A stretch of 64,000 bases of DNA. It comes from an uncultured Chloroflexia bacterium (GTDB lineage Bacteria; Chloroflexota; Limnocylindria; Limnocylindrales; CSP1-4). A program made the position numbers and the translations under genes. Of this stretch, positions 20,438 to 30,053 are shown one piece after another (the stretch's first letter is position 1; the number at the start of each line of letters is the position of its first letter). Under the pieces are notes generated by a model. The model saw nothing but the letters and a program-made list of their open reading frames with translations, was not told the origin of the DNA and searched no databases. The stretch spans positions 672,001 through 736,000 of the forward strand of contig CAVYIM010000003.1 in assembly GCA_963768655.1 (NCBI GenBank). Reading direction: 5' to 3'.

Positions 20438-20947
20438 ATGGAGAAGCTGGCGACTGTGACAACCCGACGGACTGCGGTCGAGACCCGCGATCTCGAGGCT
20501 GCGTTCAGCGTCCATATGCCCTGGCTCCATCGGCGCATCACGCTGATTGTCGGCGACCCGGAGGAGGCTCGAGACCTCGCCCAGGAAGCATTCGCCCGGG
20601 CCGTCCAGAGGTGGCCGATCGGATCGCAAGACGACGTCGCGCGCTGGCTTGCGGCGGTCGGCATCAGGCTCGCCATCGACGAGATGCGCCGGCGCCGCAG
20701 GTGGGGCTTCTTGCAGCTGCACGAGACTGACGCCGCCTGGGCAATGAACACCGACCCGGACCTGTGGCGGGCCATCTCCGAGCTCGAGCCGGCGGTGAGA
20801 GCCGCGCTGCTCCTGACCGTCCTCGACGGGTACACGCAGGAACAAGTCGCCTCCGCGCTGGGCGTCGCCCGGGGCACGGTGTCGAGCTGGCTGTCGCGGG
20901 CGCGCGATCGCCTGCGGCCGGCAATTGGGAGCACGAACGATGAATGA
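20438..20947 (+). CDS. ECF RNA polymerase sigma factor
   Basis: Region 2 EARDLAQEAF...WL...AIDEMRR; region 4 YTQEQVASALGVARGTVSSWLSRAR. Confidence 0.88.
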   Translation: MEKLATVTTRRTAVETRDLEAAFSVHMPWLHRRITLIVGDPEEARDLAQEAFARAVQRWPIGSQDDVARWLAAVGIRLAIDEMRRRRRWGFLQLHETDAAWAMNTDPDLWRAISELEPAVRAALLLTVLDGYTQEQVASALGVARGTVSSWLSRARDRLRPAIGSTNDE

Positions 20948-22085
20948 CTTCGACGAGCGCTTGCGCTCGAGACTCCGCGCCCTTGATGCAGCCGTTCCGG
21001 CAGCGGCTGATCTTCTCCCCGTCGGTGGCCCGCCGACATCACGTCGATGGCACGGCGCCCGCGTCGCGAGCAGGTTACCCCTCGGCCTGGCCGCCGTTCT
21101 CGTTGCGGTGATCGCCGGCGCGGCCCTCCTGGGCGTGAGCCTGCGCCAGCAGCCAGCCGCCGGACCTGCGGCTTCCACCGCCACGGCGACCGCATTGGTC
21201 CCGGCGACCGCCTCGGTCGTGCCGAGCGCGTCGCCGATTATCCTGGGCCCCGACGGCATCCCCACCCAGATCGACGGCCAGCGCGTCTATTTCATCTCCG
21301 AACAGGCCGAGTGGGACAACCTGAGCGGTAGCTTCCTGCTGGCGGCGTTCCTTCCGAGTGGCGTCATGCCCTCCTGCTTTCCTGTCCCAGAGAATGCAGC
21401 GGACGACCTTATCGCCAACGGCTGTGGCGGGATGGCCCTCTCGAGCACCACCAGTTCCGGCTCGGGTATTCCCAGCTTCATCTACGCCGCGCCGAAGAAC
21501 TCGCCGTTTGGGTTGCTCATCGGCGGGGCGAACCACGCTGCCGTGCTGCGGGTCCACACCCACGACGCCGAAGCGGCGCAGTGCAGCGCCGACCAGCGAG
21601 CCAGGTGCGAAGCCGCCGTGGTTGTCGAGGCGGTCGTATGGCCGACGGTGCCGAGCGAGATCAACGGAGAGCATGTCTATGGCGGCAGCAACGGGTCGTT
21701 CTGGAGCCTCTCCGGCAGCTTCTTGCTCGGCGGCGTCGTCTCGGTCAATCTCACCGACTGGGCACCGGGGACCTGCGCAACACCTGTCGACCTGAACGCG
21801 GCCGCACAGCAGCTGCTCCAGGAATGCGGCCCTACCTGGGTCGCCATCGACATGGATGGCATCGCGCCGGCCAGCACCTTCGACGCCGTCGACGGTCAGG
21901 TCGTGGTCGTCCGGGCTCACCTCGACGATGCCCTGGCCGCTCAGTGCCCGGCTGACCTTCTGACGCAGTGCGAGCAGGCAATCGTGGTCGAGTCCGTGGT
22001 CTGGACATCGCCGTACCTGACGCCCCGGCAGAGTCTCGCCGCGCCAACCCCGACAGCGACCGCCGGCCCGACGTCGACACCCTGA
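20940..22085 (+). CDS. Putative membrane anti-sigma factor with a duplicated Cys-rich extracytoplasmic domain
   Basis: Overlaps the sigma stop; N-terminal DFDERLRSRL, one TM segment, two copies of P..I.G..VY...SGSFLL...H.DA.AAQC...CE.A.VVE.VVW. Confidence 0.7.
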   Translation: MNDFDERLRSRLRALDAAVPAAADLLPVGGPPTSRRWHGARVASRLPLGLAAVLVAVIAGAALLGVSLRQQPAAGPAASTATATALVPATASVVPSASPIILGPDGIPTQIDGQRVYFISEQAEWDNLSGSFLLAAFLPSGVMPSCFPVPENAADDLIANGCGGMALSSTTSSGSGIPSFIYAAPKNSPFGLLIGGANHAAVLRVHTHDAEAAQCSADQRARCEAAVVVEAVVWPTVPSEINGEHVYGGSNGSFWSLSGSFLLGGVVSVNLTDWAPGTCATPVDLNAAAQQLLQECGPTWVAIDMDGIAPASTFDAVDGQVVVVRAHLDDALAAQCPADLLTQCEQAIVVESVVWTSPYLTPRQSLAAPTPTATAGPTSTP

Positions 22086-22129
22086 CGTTGGCGATCAGCC
22101 GCGGCTCAGGAGCCGGGGTCCGCCGCCGC

Positions 22130-23434
22130 CTACTCCGAGTCGTCGCCCTCGTCGTCCTCCTCGTATTCCGGGAGCTCCGGCTCCTTGACGACGTCGGACC
22201 ACGGGGCGTATAGAACCTCGGCATCCTCAGGCTCGAGCATGTCGGCCATGGCGAGGGCTGCGACCGCATCGGCGACGGCCGGCCCCGCGGGCTCGCGGAC
22301 GCGGGCCAGGCTCTGCGGCGCTCCGAACGAGTAGTCGCGCTTCTCGCTTCGGCCCTCCATCCAGGCGAAGACCTCCTCCTGCGCCAGACGAAGCTGCTCG
22401 CGCCACTTCGCGTCTTCGTCGGCCAGGGCCTGAAGGTTGCGATGGGCGATCCGAAGCTCCTCCTTGGGCTGCTTCCGCCAGGCGACGACCAGTTCCGAGG
22501 TTTCCGCAGCGGTCAGGGCCGCCAGCCTGGTCAGGAACTGCAACACCAGCTCGCTGTTGGGGCCGAACTCGCCTTCCGGCTCGGAGGGCTCCTCGGCCGG
22601 CGCCGCTTTGGCCGCGCTCGAACCCTTGGCCGCCGCGGCCTTGGCCGAGCCTGAGCCCTTGACCGGAGCGGCCTTGGCCGAGCCTGAGCCCTTGACCGGA
22701 GCGGCCTTGCCGGAGGCCGAACCTTTGGCCGGCGCGGGCAAGGCGGCCTCTTCGTCCTCCTCCGCCTCTTCGTCTTCTTCGGAGTCGTCGCCCTCGTCGG
22801 TATCCATGATCTCGGACCACGGGCCGTAGAGCGTGTCGAAGTCCACTTCGGCCAGCTCGTCCTCGAGGACGAGCGCGTCCACGGCGTCCGTGGCCGCGTC
22901 GGCCACGATCGAGTAAAGGTCGAACTCGTCGCCGTCGAGCTGCATCGCGGCCAGCCAGTCCGACACGGCGTGCTCGGCGGCCCACAGCTCGGCCTCGAGC
23001 CCGCCGCCACGGTAGCGCCGCCGGACGACCAGCCGCGCGACCTTGCGCTCGGCCTCGGGGACCGCCTCGTATGCGCCGGCGATGGCCTCGGCCGTCTCGT
23101 CATCGATGTCGGCCAGGGAGTCGAGCAGCGCGGCGACGTCGTCGCCGTTGGGGCCGTACATGTCCGTCGGGTTCTGCCCGGTCAGCCCGAACTCCTCGGC
23201 CTCGCGCTCGAGCTCGGCCTGCAGGTCGGCCGCCCGTTCGGCATCGGTCCGTGTGTCCGGCTCGTCGCTGCCGTCTTCTTCGTCCGGCCCATCCTCGAGT
23301 CCGCCCTCGAGGTCCTCGGGCTCGCCGGCACCGGCGTCTGTTCCGTCCGCGGAGGTCCAGCTGAGCCGGTTCGGCTCGGACTCGTCGCGGAGCCTGTTTG
23401 GAGCGCCTTCGTCCTTCTTGTACCGCCTGAACAT
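22130..23434 (-). CDS. Acidic hypothetical protein with two (Y/F)GPN...LY.PW helical domains (paralogue A)
   Basis: Long open frame, extremely D/E-rich, internal duplication, similar to the adjacent gene. Confidence 0.8.
   Translation of the reverse strand: MFRRYKKDEGAPNRLRDESEPNRLSWTSADGTDAGAGEPEDLEGGLEDGPDEEDGSDEPDTRTDAERAADLQAELEREAEEFGLTGQNPTDMYGPNGDDVAALLDSLADIDDETAEAIAGAYEAVPEAERKVARLVVRRRYRGGGLEAELWAAEHAVSDWLAAMQLDGDEFDLYSIVADAATDAVDALVLEDELAEVDFDTLYGPWSEIMDTDEGDDSEEDEEAEEDEEAALPAPAKGSASGKAAPVKGSGSAKAAPVKGSGSAKAAAAKGSSAAKAAPAEEPSEPEGEFGPNSELVLQFLTRLAALTAAETSELVVAWRKQPKEELRIAHRNLQALADEDAKWREQLRLAQEEVFAWMEGRSEKRDYSFGAPQSLARVREPAGPAVADAVAALAMADMLEPEDAEVLYAPWSDVVKEPELPEYEEDDEGDDSE
22635..22700. 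repeat. 33-bp in-frame tandem repeat (AKAAPVKGSGS) x2 with degenerate flanking copies
   Basis: GCGGCCTTGGCCGAGCCTGAGCCCTTGACCGGA occurs twice in tandem. Confidence 0.85.
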
Positions 23435-23463
23435 CGACCCTCCGCCGCTATCCGGTTGCGCCC

Positions 23464-24630
23464 TCAGTTGCTGGTCCCGTCAGTTGGCCTCGCCCAGTTG
23501 GCCGCGCCCTCAGAACCGGCCGGCTCGCTTCCGGCTTCGGCTGCCTCCGGCAGCGGTGGCGCGCCTACTAGATTGAACCACGGCGCGTAGAGCGTGTCCG
23601 CCTCGTCCGGCTCGAGCAGGTCGCCGACCACCAGCGCCGCGATCGCGTCCGCGAGTGCCGGGCCTGCCATCTGGCGAGTGGCACCCTGGCCGGTCTGACC
23701 GATGAAGCTGGCCGTCTCCTGGAGCCGACCGCCATTGAGCCAGGGGGAGATCTTCTCTTGAGCGCGGCGGACCTGATCGCGCAACTCGGGCTCCTCCTCG
23801 ACGAGTCCGTGGAGGGCGTCGTGGGCCCGCGCCAGATCCTCCGCGGGAGCCTCCCGCCAGCTGCTCACCAGCCGTGTGACCTGCTCGGGCGAGAGCAGCC
23901 ACAGCCGGTTGAGGAAATCGGCGACAGAATCCGTGTTCGGCCCGAACTCGCCCTCGGATTCCTCGTCGTCGTCCGCGCCGTCTTCGACCTCTTCGTCCTC
24001 GACATCGGCGCCGCCGTCGATCTCTTCCACCTCTTCCTGAATCCGGATCTGCTCGACGGCATCGGTCCAAGGCACGAACAACGCCTCGTAGTCCGGCTCC
24101 TCGAGCTCGTCTTCGAGGATGATGCCGGTCGCGGCATCAAGAGCGGCGTCACTCACCTGCGAGCAGATGCGGGCCCAGTTGGGGACTGCCTTTACGTATT
24201 CCGGATACTCCGCCGCGACGGCCAGCCAGGCTCCGATCTCTTCGCGCGCCATCTGGACGTGGCGGGCGATCTCCTCGTCGGTCTCGACCAGCTTCCGGAC
24301 GGCCTTGCGGGCGACGTCTCGATCGGGCCTGGAGGCGCTGCGCCACGCGTCGGCAATCGTCTCAGCGTCGTCCGGGTCGACGTCCTCGAGCCGCTCGAGG
24401 ACTTCCAGCACCTCTTTGGCGTGGGGCCCGTAGAGCCAGACGTCGTTGTCGGCCAGGTAGTCGGCCGCCTGGCTCTCGAGATCGGCGTCCATGTCCTCCG
24501 GCTGGTCGGCGTCGTCGGCGGCATCGCCGTCGGTGTCCTCTTCGGCCTCGGGCGCGTCCTCGGCCTCGACATCGTTGTCGAGGATTTCGCCGGCCCCGTC
24601 GTGGGAGCCTCGGTCGCGTCGCCTGAACAT
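23464..24630 (-). CDS. Acidic hypothetical protein with two (Y/F)GP...PW helical domains (paralogue B)
   Basis: Starts MFRR like paralogue A, GGAGGA RBS; shares EGEFGPN and ADA.AAL...D.LEP..A..LYAPW. Confidence 0.8.
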   Translation of the reverse strand: MFRRRDRGSHDGAGEILDNDVEAEDAPEAEEDTDGDAADDADQPEDMDADLESQAADYLADNDVWLYGPHAKEVLEVLERLEDVDPDDAETIADAWRSASRPDRDVARKAVRKLVETDEEIARHVQMAREEIGAWLAVAAEYPEYVKAVPNWARICSQVSDAALDAATGIILEDELEEPDYEALFVPWTDAVEQIRIQEEVEEIDGGADVEDEEVEDGADDDEESEGEFGPNTDSVADFLNRLWLLSPEQVTRLVSSWREAPAEDLARAHDALHGLVEEEPELRDQVRRAQEKISPWLNGGRLQETASFIGQTGQGATRQMAGPALADAIAALVVGDLLEPDEADTLYAPWFNLVGAPPLPEAAEAGSEPAGSEGAANWARPTDGTSN

Positions 24631-24686
24631 GGGGTCCTCCGGTGTTCCTGCGGAGCCAGCTGGGCCCTCGCCTGGTACGCCGGAGA

Positions 24687-25475
24687 TCAAGCCGCTCCGT
24701 GCGCGTCGATGAATCGTCTCACACGTGCCCAGGCGTCGTCAGACTGAGTTTGAAACTCTGCCTGCTTGCGGTCGAAGAAGCTGTGGGGGGCATCCGGCTC
24801 CACGACGATGTCGTTCTCCACGTGGGCTGCTTGCAGGGCGTCGCGGAAGGACTGCACGACCGAAAGCGGGATGCCCTGGTCGGCCCCGCCGAAGATGCCC
24901 AGGACGGGGCAGTCGAACCGGTCGACGGTTTCGGTGGGAGCCGGCGTGTCGTTGCGGGACGGCCCGCCCGGCCAGCCGTAGAAACCGATGACGCCCGCCA
25001 GCCCCAGTCCCAGAGTGGCGGACAGGAAGGCGTTGCGGCCGCCCATGCAGAAGCCGGTCACGAAGATCGCGGGCCGGGCAGGCGCCGTGCCGGCCACCTT
25101 CAAGCCCCGGTCGCGCAGGAAGGCCGCGGCCGCCACGATGTCGGCCGACAGCCCGGCCCACGTCGTCTGGGCCACGTGTGGGCCCGAGTCGAATGTTTCG
25201 TCGCGATCGGCGATCCCCGCCGTCCGGCCGAAGTAGTCGATGGCGATCGCCTCGACGCCGGCCTCGGCGAAACGCACGGCCAGCTCCTCGTAGTAGCGGT
25301 ACAGGCCGCGAACGTCGGGCAGGATGATGATGGCCTTGCCGGTCGGCGCGGACGGCCAGACATGGAAGGCTTTGAATCGATTGCCGTCGGCGGCGGAGAG
25401 GATGAGCGGCTCGCGCTCCACGGCGGGCCCGGCCGTTGCCTCTATCGGCGGCTCGCTGTCCAGATCGAAGCACAT
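24687..25475 (-). CDS. Dienelactone hydrolase family protein
   Basis: PDVRG, GFCMGG nucleophile elbow, GGADQ, APHSFF. Confidence 0.9.
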   Translation of the reverse strand: MCFDLDSEPPIEATAGPAVEREPLILSAADGNRFKAFHVWPSAPTGKAIIILPDVRGLYRYYEELAVRFAEAGVEAIAIDYFGRTAGIADRDETFDSGPHVAQTTWAGLSADIVAAAAFLRDRGLKVAGTAPARPAIFVTGFCMGGRNAFLSATLGLGLAGVIGFYGWPGGPSRNDTPAPTETVDRFDCPVLGIFGGADQGIPLSVVQSFRDALQAAHVENDIVVEPDAPHSFFDRKQAEFQTQSDDAWARVRRFIDAHGAA

Positions 25476-25599
25476 AGCTCGACTCCTGTGGGTGGTGTGG
25501 AGCCCATTCTTCCAGCTGGCCCCCCGGACGACATTGCAAGCGACCCCGGTTGCGCCTCGCGGTGCCGAGAGGGCCGCGCTCGCTGGTAGAATGCCCGCC

Positions 25600-26898
25600 A
25601 TGCCCAAACCGCTCGTCGTCCAGAAGTACGGCGGCTCGTCCGTCGCCAACGCAGACCGAATCCGGCGCGTGGCCGCGCGCGTCGCCCGCGAGCGGGCCAG
25701 CGGCTGCGACCTGGTGGTCGTCGTGTCGGCGATGGGCGAGACCACGGACGAGCTGCTCGCCCTGGCGGGCGCCATCACCGACGAGCCGGATGCGCGCGAG
25801 CTCGACATGCTCCTCGCGACCGGAGAGCACCAGAGCGCCACTCTCGTGTCGATGGCCCTGCACGCGCTGGGCGTGCCGGCGATCGCGCTGTCCGGCGCTC
25901 AGGCGGGCATCACTACCGACGGCAACTACGGCAAGGCCCGCATCGCGGGCATCGACCCCAAGCGCATCTTCTCCGAGCTCGAGGCAGGCCGAGTCGTCAT
26001 CGTCGCGGGCTTCCAGGGCCAGAGCGTGCGAGACCCGCATCTGTCCGAGATCACCACGCTGGGCCGCGGCGGCTCGGACACGACCGGCGTCGCGCTTGCG
26101 GCCGCTCTCGAAGCCGACCGCTGCCAGATCTTCACCGACGTTCGGGGCATCTACACCGCCGATCCCCGTCTCGTGCCCGAGGCCCGCCAGCTGCCGGTCA
26201 TCTCGTACGAGGAGATGATGGAGCTGGCGCACCAGGGTGCTCAGGTGATGCAGGTCCGGGCCGTCGAGCTCGGTTGGGTCAACAACGTCGTCATCGAGGT
26301 GCTGAGCTCGTTCGAAGACGTCCCCGGCACGCTGATCAAGGAGGACCCGTTCGTGGAGCAGCGCAACAAGGTTCGCGGGCTGGCCCACGACCGCAACGTG
26401 GCCAAGGTCACACTCGTGGAAGTTCCAGACCGGCCCGGAGTCGCTCACTCGGTCTTCGCGCCGCTGGCCGAGGCGGGCATCAACGTCGACACGATCGTGC
26501 AGAACGTCGGCCATCACGGCACGACGGACCTGAGCTTCACGATCACCCGTGGCGACCTCGCCAAGACCAAGCGCATCCTCGAGCCCATCGTCCGCGAGCT
26601 CGGCTTCCGCGAGATGACCACCGACTCGGCGATGGCGAAAGTGTCGATCGTCGGGGCCGGCATCCAGAACGCGCCGGGCTACGCCTCGCGCATGTTCGCC
26701 GCGCTGGCCGAGGCCGGCGTGAACATCGAGATCATCTCTACCTCGGAGATCCGCATCACCTGCATGATCGCCGAGGACCAGGTCGAGACCGCCGTTCGCG
26801 CCCTGCACAAGGCCTTCGCGCTCGAGGAGCCCGAGCCGCTGGTACAGGACGAAGCTGGAGCGGCGGGCACCGGCGGGGCGACGAAGACGGGCGCGTGA
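25600..26898 (+). CDS. lysC: Aspartate kinase
   Basis: VQKYGGSSV, VVSAMG, TTLGRGGSD, TDVRGIYTADP, two ACT domains. Confidence 0.95.
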   Translation: MPKPLVVQKYGGSSVANADRIRRVAARVARERASGCDLVVVVSAMGETTDELLALAGAITDEPDARELDMLLATGEHQSATLVSMALHALGVPAIALSGAQAGITTDGNYGKARIAGIDPKRIFSELEAGRVVIVAGFQGQSVRDPHLSEITTLGRGGSDTTGVALAAALEADRCQIFTDVRGIYTADPRLVPEARQLPVISYEEMMELAHQGAQVMQVRAVELGWVNNVVIEVLSSFEDVPGTLIKEDPFVEQRNKVRGLAHDRNVAKVTLVEVPDRPGVAHSVFAPLAEAGINVDTIVQNVGHHGTTDLSFTITRGDLAKTKRILEPIVRELGFREMTTDSAMAKVSIVGAGIQNAPGYASRMFAALAEAGVNIEIISTSEIRITCMIAEDQVETAVRALHKAFALEEPEPLVQDEAGAAGTGGATKTGA

Positions 26899-27833
26899 CC
26901 ACGAGCGTCGCGTTTCTCTCGCGACACGAGCGGTTCCGATCGGCCCCTTCCACTAACGACATCGTCCGAAGCTGGCTGATCGCGGGAACCGCCGAGGTCT
27001 GCCTCGCCGTGGCCGGCGAGCAGACTGCCGGTCGCGGGCGGGCCGGTCGATCCTGGGTGGCGCCGAGCGGCGCCGCCCTGCTGCTGTCGCTCGGCTTTCG
27101 GCCGGCCTACCTGGCCGCCGACCGCCTGTGGAGATTGGCCGCGGTGGTTTCGCTGGCGATGGCCGACGCGGCCGAAGAGGTTGCCGGGTTGGCGGTCGGC
27201 AGACTTCGGCTGAAGTGGCCGAATGACATCGTCGTCGAGACGGCAGCGTACACGAGTGGCGCCGTGGGGAGGGGCGCCGTCGCGAGTCGCGCCGCCAGTC
27301 GCGCCACGGAGGGTGGCCATCGAGCGGCGGGCCTTCGCAAGATCGCCGGCGTCCTGGGCGAAACCGAGGGCGCCGGCACGGCCGATGCGCTGGCAATCGT
27401 GGGCATCGGCGTCAACGCCGACTGGCCGCCCGCCCTCTTCCCGGCGGAGCTGGCCAATTCGATGACGAGCCTGCACGAAGTCTCAGGCGGCCGTCGCATC
27501 GACGCCGACCAGCTGCTCGACGCCTTCCTGACGCGCCTGGAACCGCGCATCCTGGCGTTGCGCGACGGCCACTTCGACGTGGCCGGGTGGCACGATCGCC
27601 AGGTGACCACGGGGCGAATTGTTCGACTCGAGATGCATGCCGGGGAAGCAGAGGATCTCCGCGCGGTCGGCGTCGACGGAGCCACGGGGGCGCTGCTGGT
27701 CGAAGACCCGGCCGCTCCCGGCGCGGAGCGCGAGGTTCTGGCGGGGGAGGTTGTCCACGTGCGCCTGGCCGCCGGCGGCGACGCAGCCGAGTCGCGCTCG
27801 CCCGCTCGTGCCCGCCCGGATGTAACGCCGTGA
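26895..27833 (+). CDS. birA: Biotin--[acetyl-CoA-carboxylase] ligase (no N-terminal HTH)
   Basis: STND, QTAGRGR, KWPND, KIAGVL, GIGVN; GTG overlaps the lysC stop. Confidence 0.9.
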   Translation: MTTSVAFLSRHERFRSAPSTNDIVRSWLIAGTAEVCLAVAGEQTAGRGRAGRSWVAPSGAALLLSLGFRPAYLAADRLWRLAAVVSLAMADAAEEVAGLAVGRLRLKWPNDIVVETAAYTSGAVGRGAVASRAASRATEGGHRAAGLRKIAGVLGETEGAGTADALAIVGIGVNADWPPALFPAELANSMTSLHEVSGGRRIDADQLLDAFLTRLEPRILALRDGHFDVAGWHDRQVTTGRIVRLEMHAGEAEDLRAVGVDGATGALLVEDPAAPGAEREVLAGEVVHVRLAAGGDAAESRSPARARPDVTP

Positions 27834-27848
27834 GCCGGCCGGTGTTTA
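27821..27848 (+). promoter_or_regulatory. Putative ECF-type promoter TGTAAC-N16-TGTTTA at the 5' end of the sigma gene
   Basis: AAC -35-like and GTT -10-like elements with ECF spacing, followed by GGAGGAGG. Confidence 0.4.
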
Positions 27849-28480
27849 GCAGTACGGAGGAGGGCGCCCGTCCCGCCCGGCTGGATCGCGACCGCGGTCT
27901 GGTCGAAGCGGCCCGGCGCGATCCCGCCCGTTTCGACGCCCTCTACAGGAAGTACCTCGCCCAGGTGTACAGCTACGCGTACTACGAGCTCCGGGACCAC
28001 CACGCCGCCGAGGACGCCACCGAGCGCGTGTTCATGCAGGCGCTGACCGGGTTGCCGCGCTTCGAGGAGCGGGCCGACTCGTTCATCCGCGCCGGCGGCA
28101 CGGGCGACGCCCCGGCCGATATCCCGGTCGACGCCTCGACCTTCCGCGTCTGGCTGTTCCGCATCGCCCGCAACGTGGTGGCCAACGAGCGCCGGCGCGA
28201 CCGTCGCCGCCCGGTGGCTCCGCTCGAGCAAGCCGTCGGTCTCGCCGCCGCGGACGACATCTTCGAGTCCGCCGCCGCCCACGAGGCCGGCAACGCCGCC
28301 TGGCAGGCGGTCGCGCGCCTGCCGGAGGATCGGCGGCGGGCCGTGGTCCTGCGCTTCGTGGACGAGATGTCGACGGCCGAGATCGCCGAGGTCCTGGGCC
28401 GCTCGGAGGGAGCGGTTCGAGTGCTGCTTCATCGGGCCCTGCGTTCCGTCGCGGCGGATCTGCGCGGGAGGCTGAGCTGA
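27830..28480 (+). CDS. ECF RNA polymerase sigma factor
   Basis: FDALYRKY...AEDATERVF...FRVWLFRIARN; region 4 STAEIAEVLGRSEGAVRVLLHRAL; start uncertain. Confidence 0.9.
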   Translation: MSRPVFSSTEEGARPARLDRDRGLVEAARRDPARFDALYRKYLAQVYSYAYYELRDHHAAEDATERVFMQALTGLPRFEERADSFIRAGGTGDAPADIPVDASTFRVWLFRIARNVVANERRRDRRRPVAPLEQAVGLAAADDIFESAAAHEAGNAAWQAVARLPEDRRRAVVLRFVDEMSTAEIAEVLGRSEGAVRVLLHRALRSVAADLRGRLS

Positions 28481-29082
28481 TGCTGGGCGGCGCGTCGCGG
28501 GACGCCCGTCGGACCGAGCGCTATCTCGACGGCCTGATGGAGGCCGAGGAGCGCGGCGCGGCCGAGGTTCCAATGGATCTCGACCTGGACCCTGCCGTCC
28601 TGCTCGCCGCCAGCGAGTTGCGAGCGAGCCTCGTTCGCGTGCACCCGTCCTTCCGGTTCGAGGAAGGCCTGGCCGCTCGACTGGCGCTGACCGCCGGCGG
28701 GGCTCGGGGAGCGCACAGCAACGAACCGGCGCCGCCCGCAACGGCGTCGATCGCGCCTTTCCGGGTGCCGGGTTTCGCCGCCGGCGACGGCGCAGTCGCG
28801 GCCGATGAACCTGCCGCCACGCGCGACAGCTTCGCCGCCTCCGCGACACCGCATAGACTGTCCCTGACCGCGCGACCCTCTCGCCCGCTCGTCGTTGGCG
28901 GCGTGGGCGTAGCGTCGGCGGCCATATCAATCGGCGCCGTCTACGTTGCCTGGCGATGGTCGCGCGCCTCTCAATCGCCAATGGTTCGCGCCGTGCGTGC
29001 CGGCAGATCCGGCCGCGCATATGCGTCCGGACACGGCCGTCGCGCCGCAGTCCTCCACGGAATCCTCGGAGTGATGCCCTGA
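28480..29082 (+). CDS. Hypothetical protein, putative anti-sigma factor
   Basis: TGATG-coupled to the sigma; HPSFRFEEGL motif and one C-proximal TM helix. Confidence 0.65.
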   Translation: MLGGASRDARRTERYLDGLMEAEERGAAEVPMDLDLDPAVLLAASELRASLVRVHPSFRFEEGLAARLALTAGGARGAHSNEPAPPATASIAPFRVPGFAAGDGAVAADEPAATRDSFAASATPHRLSLTARPSRPLVVGGVGVASAAISIGAVYVAWRWSRASQSPMVRAVRAGRSGRAYASGHGRRAAVLHGILGVMP

Positions 29083-30053
29083 TGCCGGTCCGACTCCCGT
29101 TCCGACCTCGCCGCGATGCCTACCCGCCCGACCTGTGGACCAAGTGCCCCGGCTGCGCGGAGATGCTGTTCAACAAGCAGCTGGACAAGACGCTGCGGGT
29201 CTGCCCGCACTGCGGCCATCACTTCCGCATCTCCGCGAAAGCTCGGATCGAGCAGCTCGTGGATCCCGGATCGTTCGTAGAGCGAGACGCGGACCTGACG
29301 CCCGTCGACGCCCTCGAGTTCGTGGACCTCAAGACCTACCCCGATCGACTCATGGCCGCCCAGCTCGCCACCGGACTGCGCGACGCCGCGATCTGGGGGC
29401 TGGCGGCGATGGGCGGCAAGACGATCTCGATGTGCGTCATGGACTTCGGCTTCATCGGCGGCTCGATGGGCTCCGTCATGGGCGAAAAGGTGGCCCGCGC
29501 CGGCGAGGCCGCTCTCGCCGAGCGCATCCCGCTCCTGATCGTCTCGTCGTCCGGCGGGGCCAGGATGCAGGAAGGCACCTATTCGCTGATGCAGCTCGTC
29601 AAGACGATGAGCGTGATGGAGCGCCTCAGGGCGGCGCGCGTGCCCTTCATCTCCGTCATGACGGACCCAACGACGGGTGGCGTATTCGCGTCGTTCGCGG
29701 TGGTCGGCGACGTCAACCTGGCCGAGCCCAACGCCCTTATCCGCTTCGCCGGAGACCGTGTCTCGGCCGGGACCATCGGCGAGGAGCTGCCGCCCGGCTA
29801 TGCGCGCGCCGAGTTCTGGTTCAGCCACGGGTTCGTCGACCGGATCGTGCCTCGAGCGCGACTCAGGGACGAGATCATCGCGTTGCTCGGGTTCCTCAGC
29901 GCTCCCACGAACGGCCACGCCGAGCCGCCCGGCCCGACGTCCCGGTCGCGGTCGTTCCTCAATGCCCTCACCGGAGCGCGCAACGCCGAGGGCAACGGCA
30001 AATCCCGCGCCCCCGAAGCGGGGCAGGCTCGCGGAGGGGCCACCAATGGTTGA
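29082..30053 (+). CDS. accD: Acetyl-CoA carboxylase carboxyltransferase beta subunit
   Basis: LWTKCPGC...CPHC zinc finger, FIGGSMG, SGGARMQEG, PTTGG. Confidence 0.95.
   Translation: MPVRLPFRPRRDAYPPDLWTKCPGCAEMLFNKQLDKTLRVCPHCGHHFRISAKARIEQLVDPGSFVERDADLTPVDALEFVDLKTYPDRLMAAQLATGLRDAAIWGLAAMGGKTISMCVMDFGFIGGSMGSVMGEKVARAGEAALAERIPLLIVSSSGGARMQEGTYSLMQLVKTMSVMERLRAARVPFISVMTDPTTGGVFASFAVVGDVNLAEPNALIRFAGDRVSAGTIGEELPPGYARAEFWFSHGFVDRIVPRARLRDEIIALLGFLSAPTNGHAEPPGPTSRSRSFLNALTGARNAEGNGKSRAPEAGQARGGATNG

Noticed and set aside
24739-29020. Long antisense ORFs (e.g. 24739-26808, 27107-29020) and similar shadow ORFs across the window
   Set aside because: They are Arg/Gly/Pro-rich shadows of real genes, expected in high-GC DNA, with no recognisable motifs.
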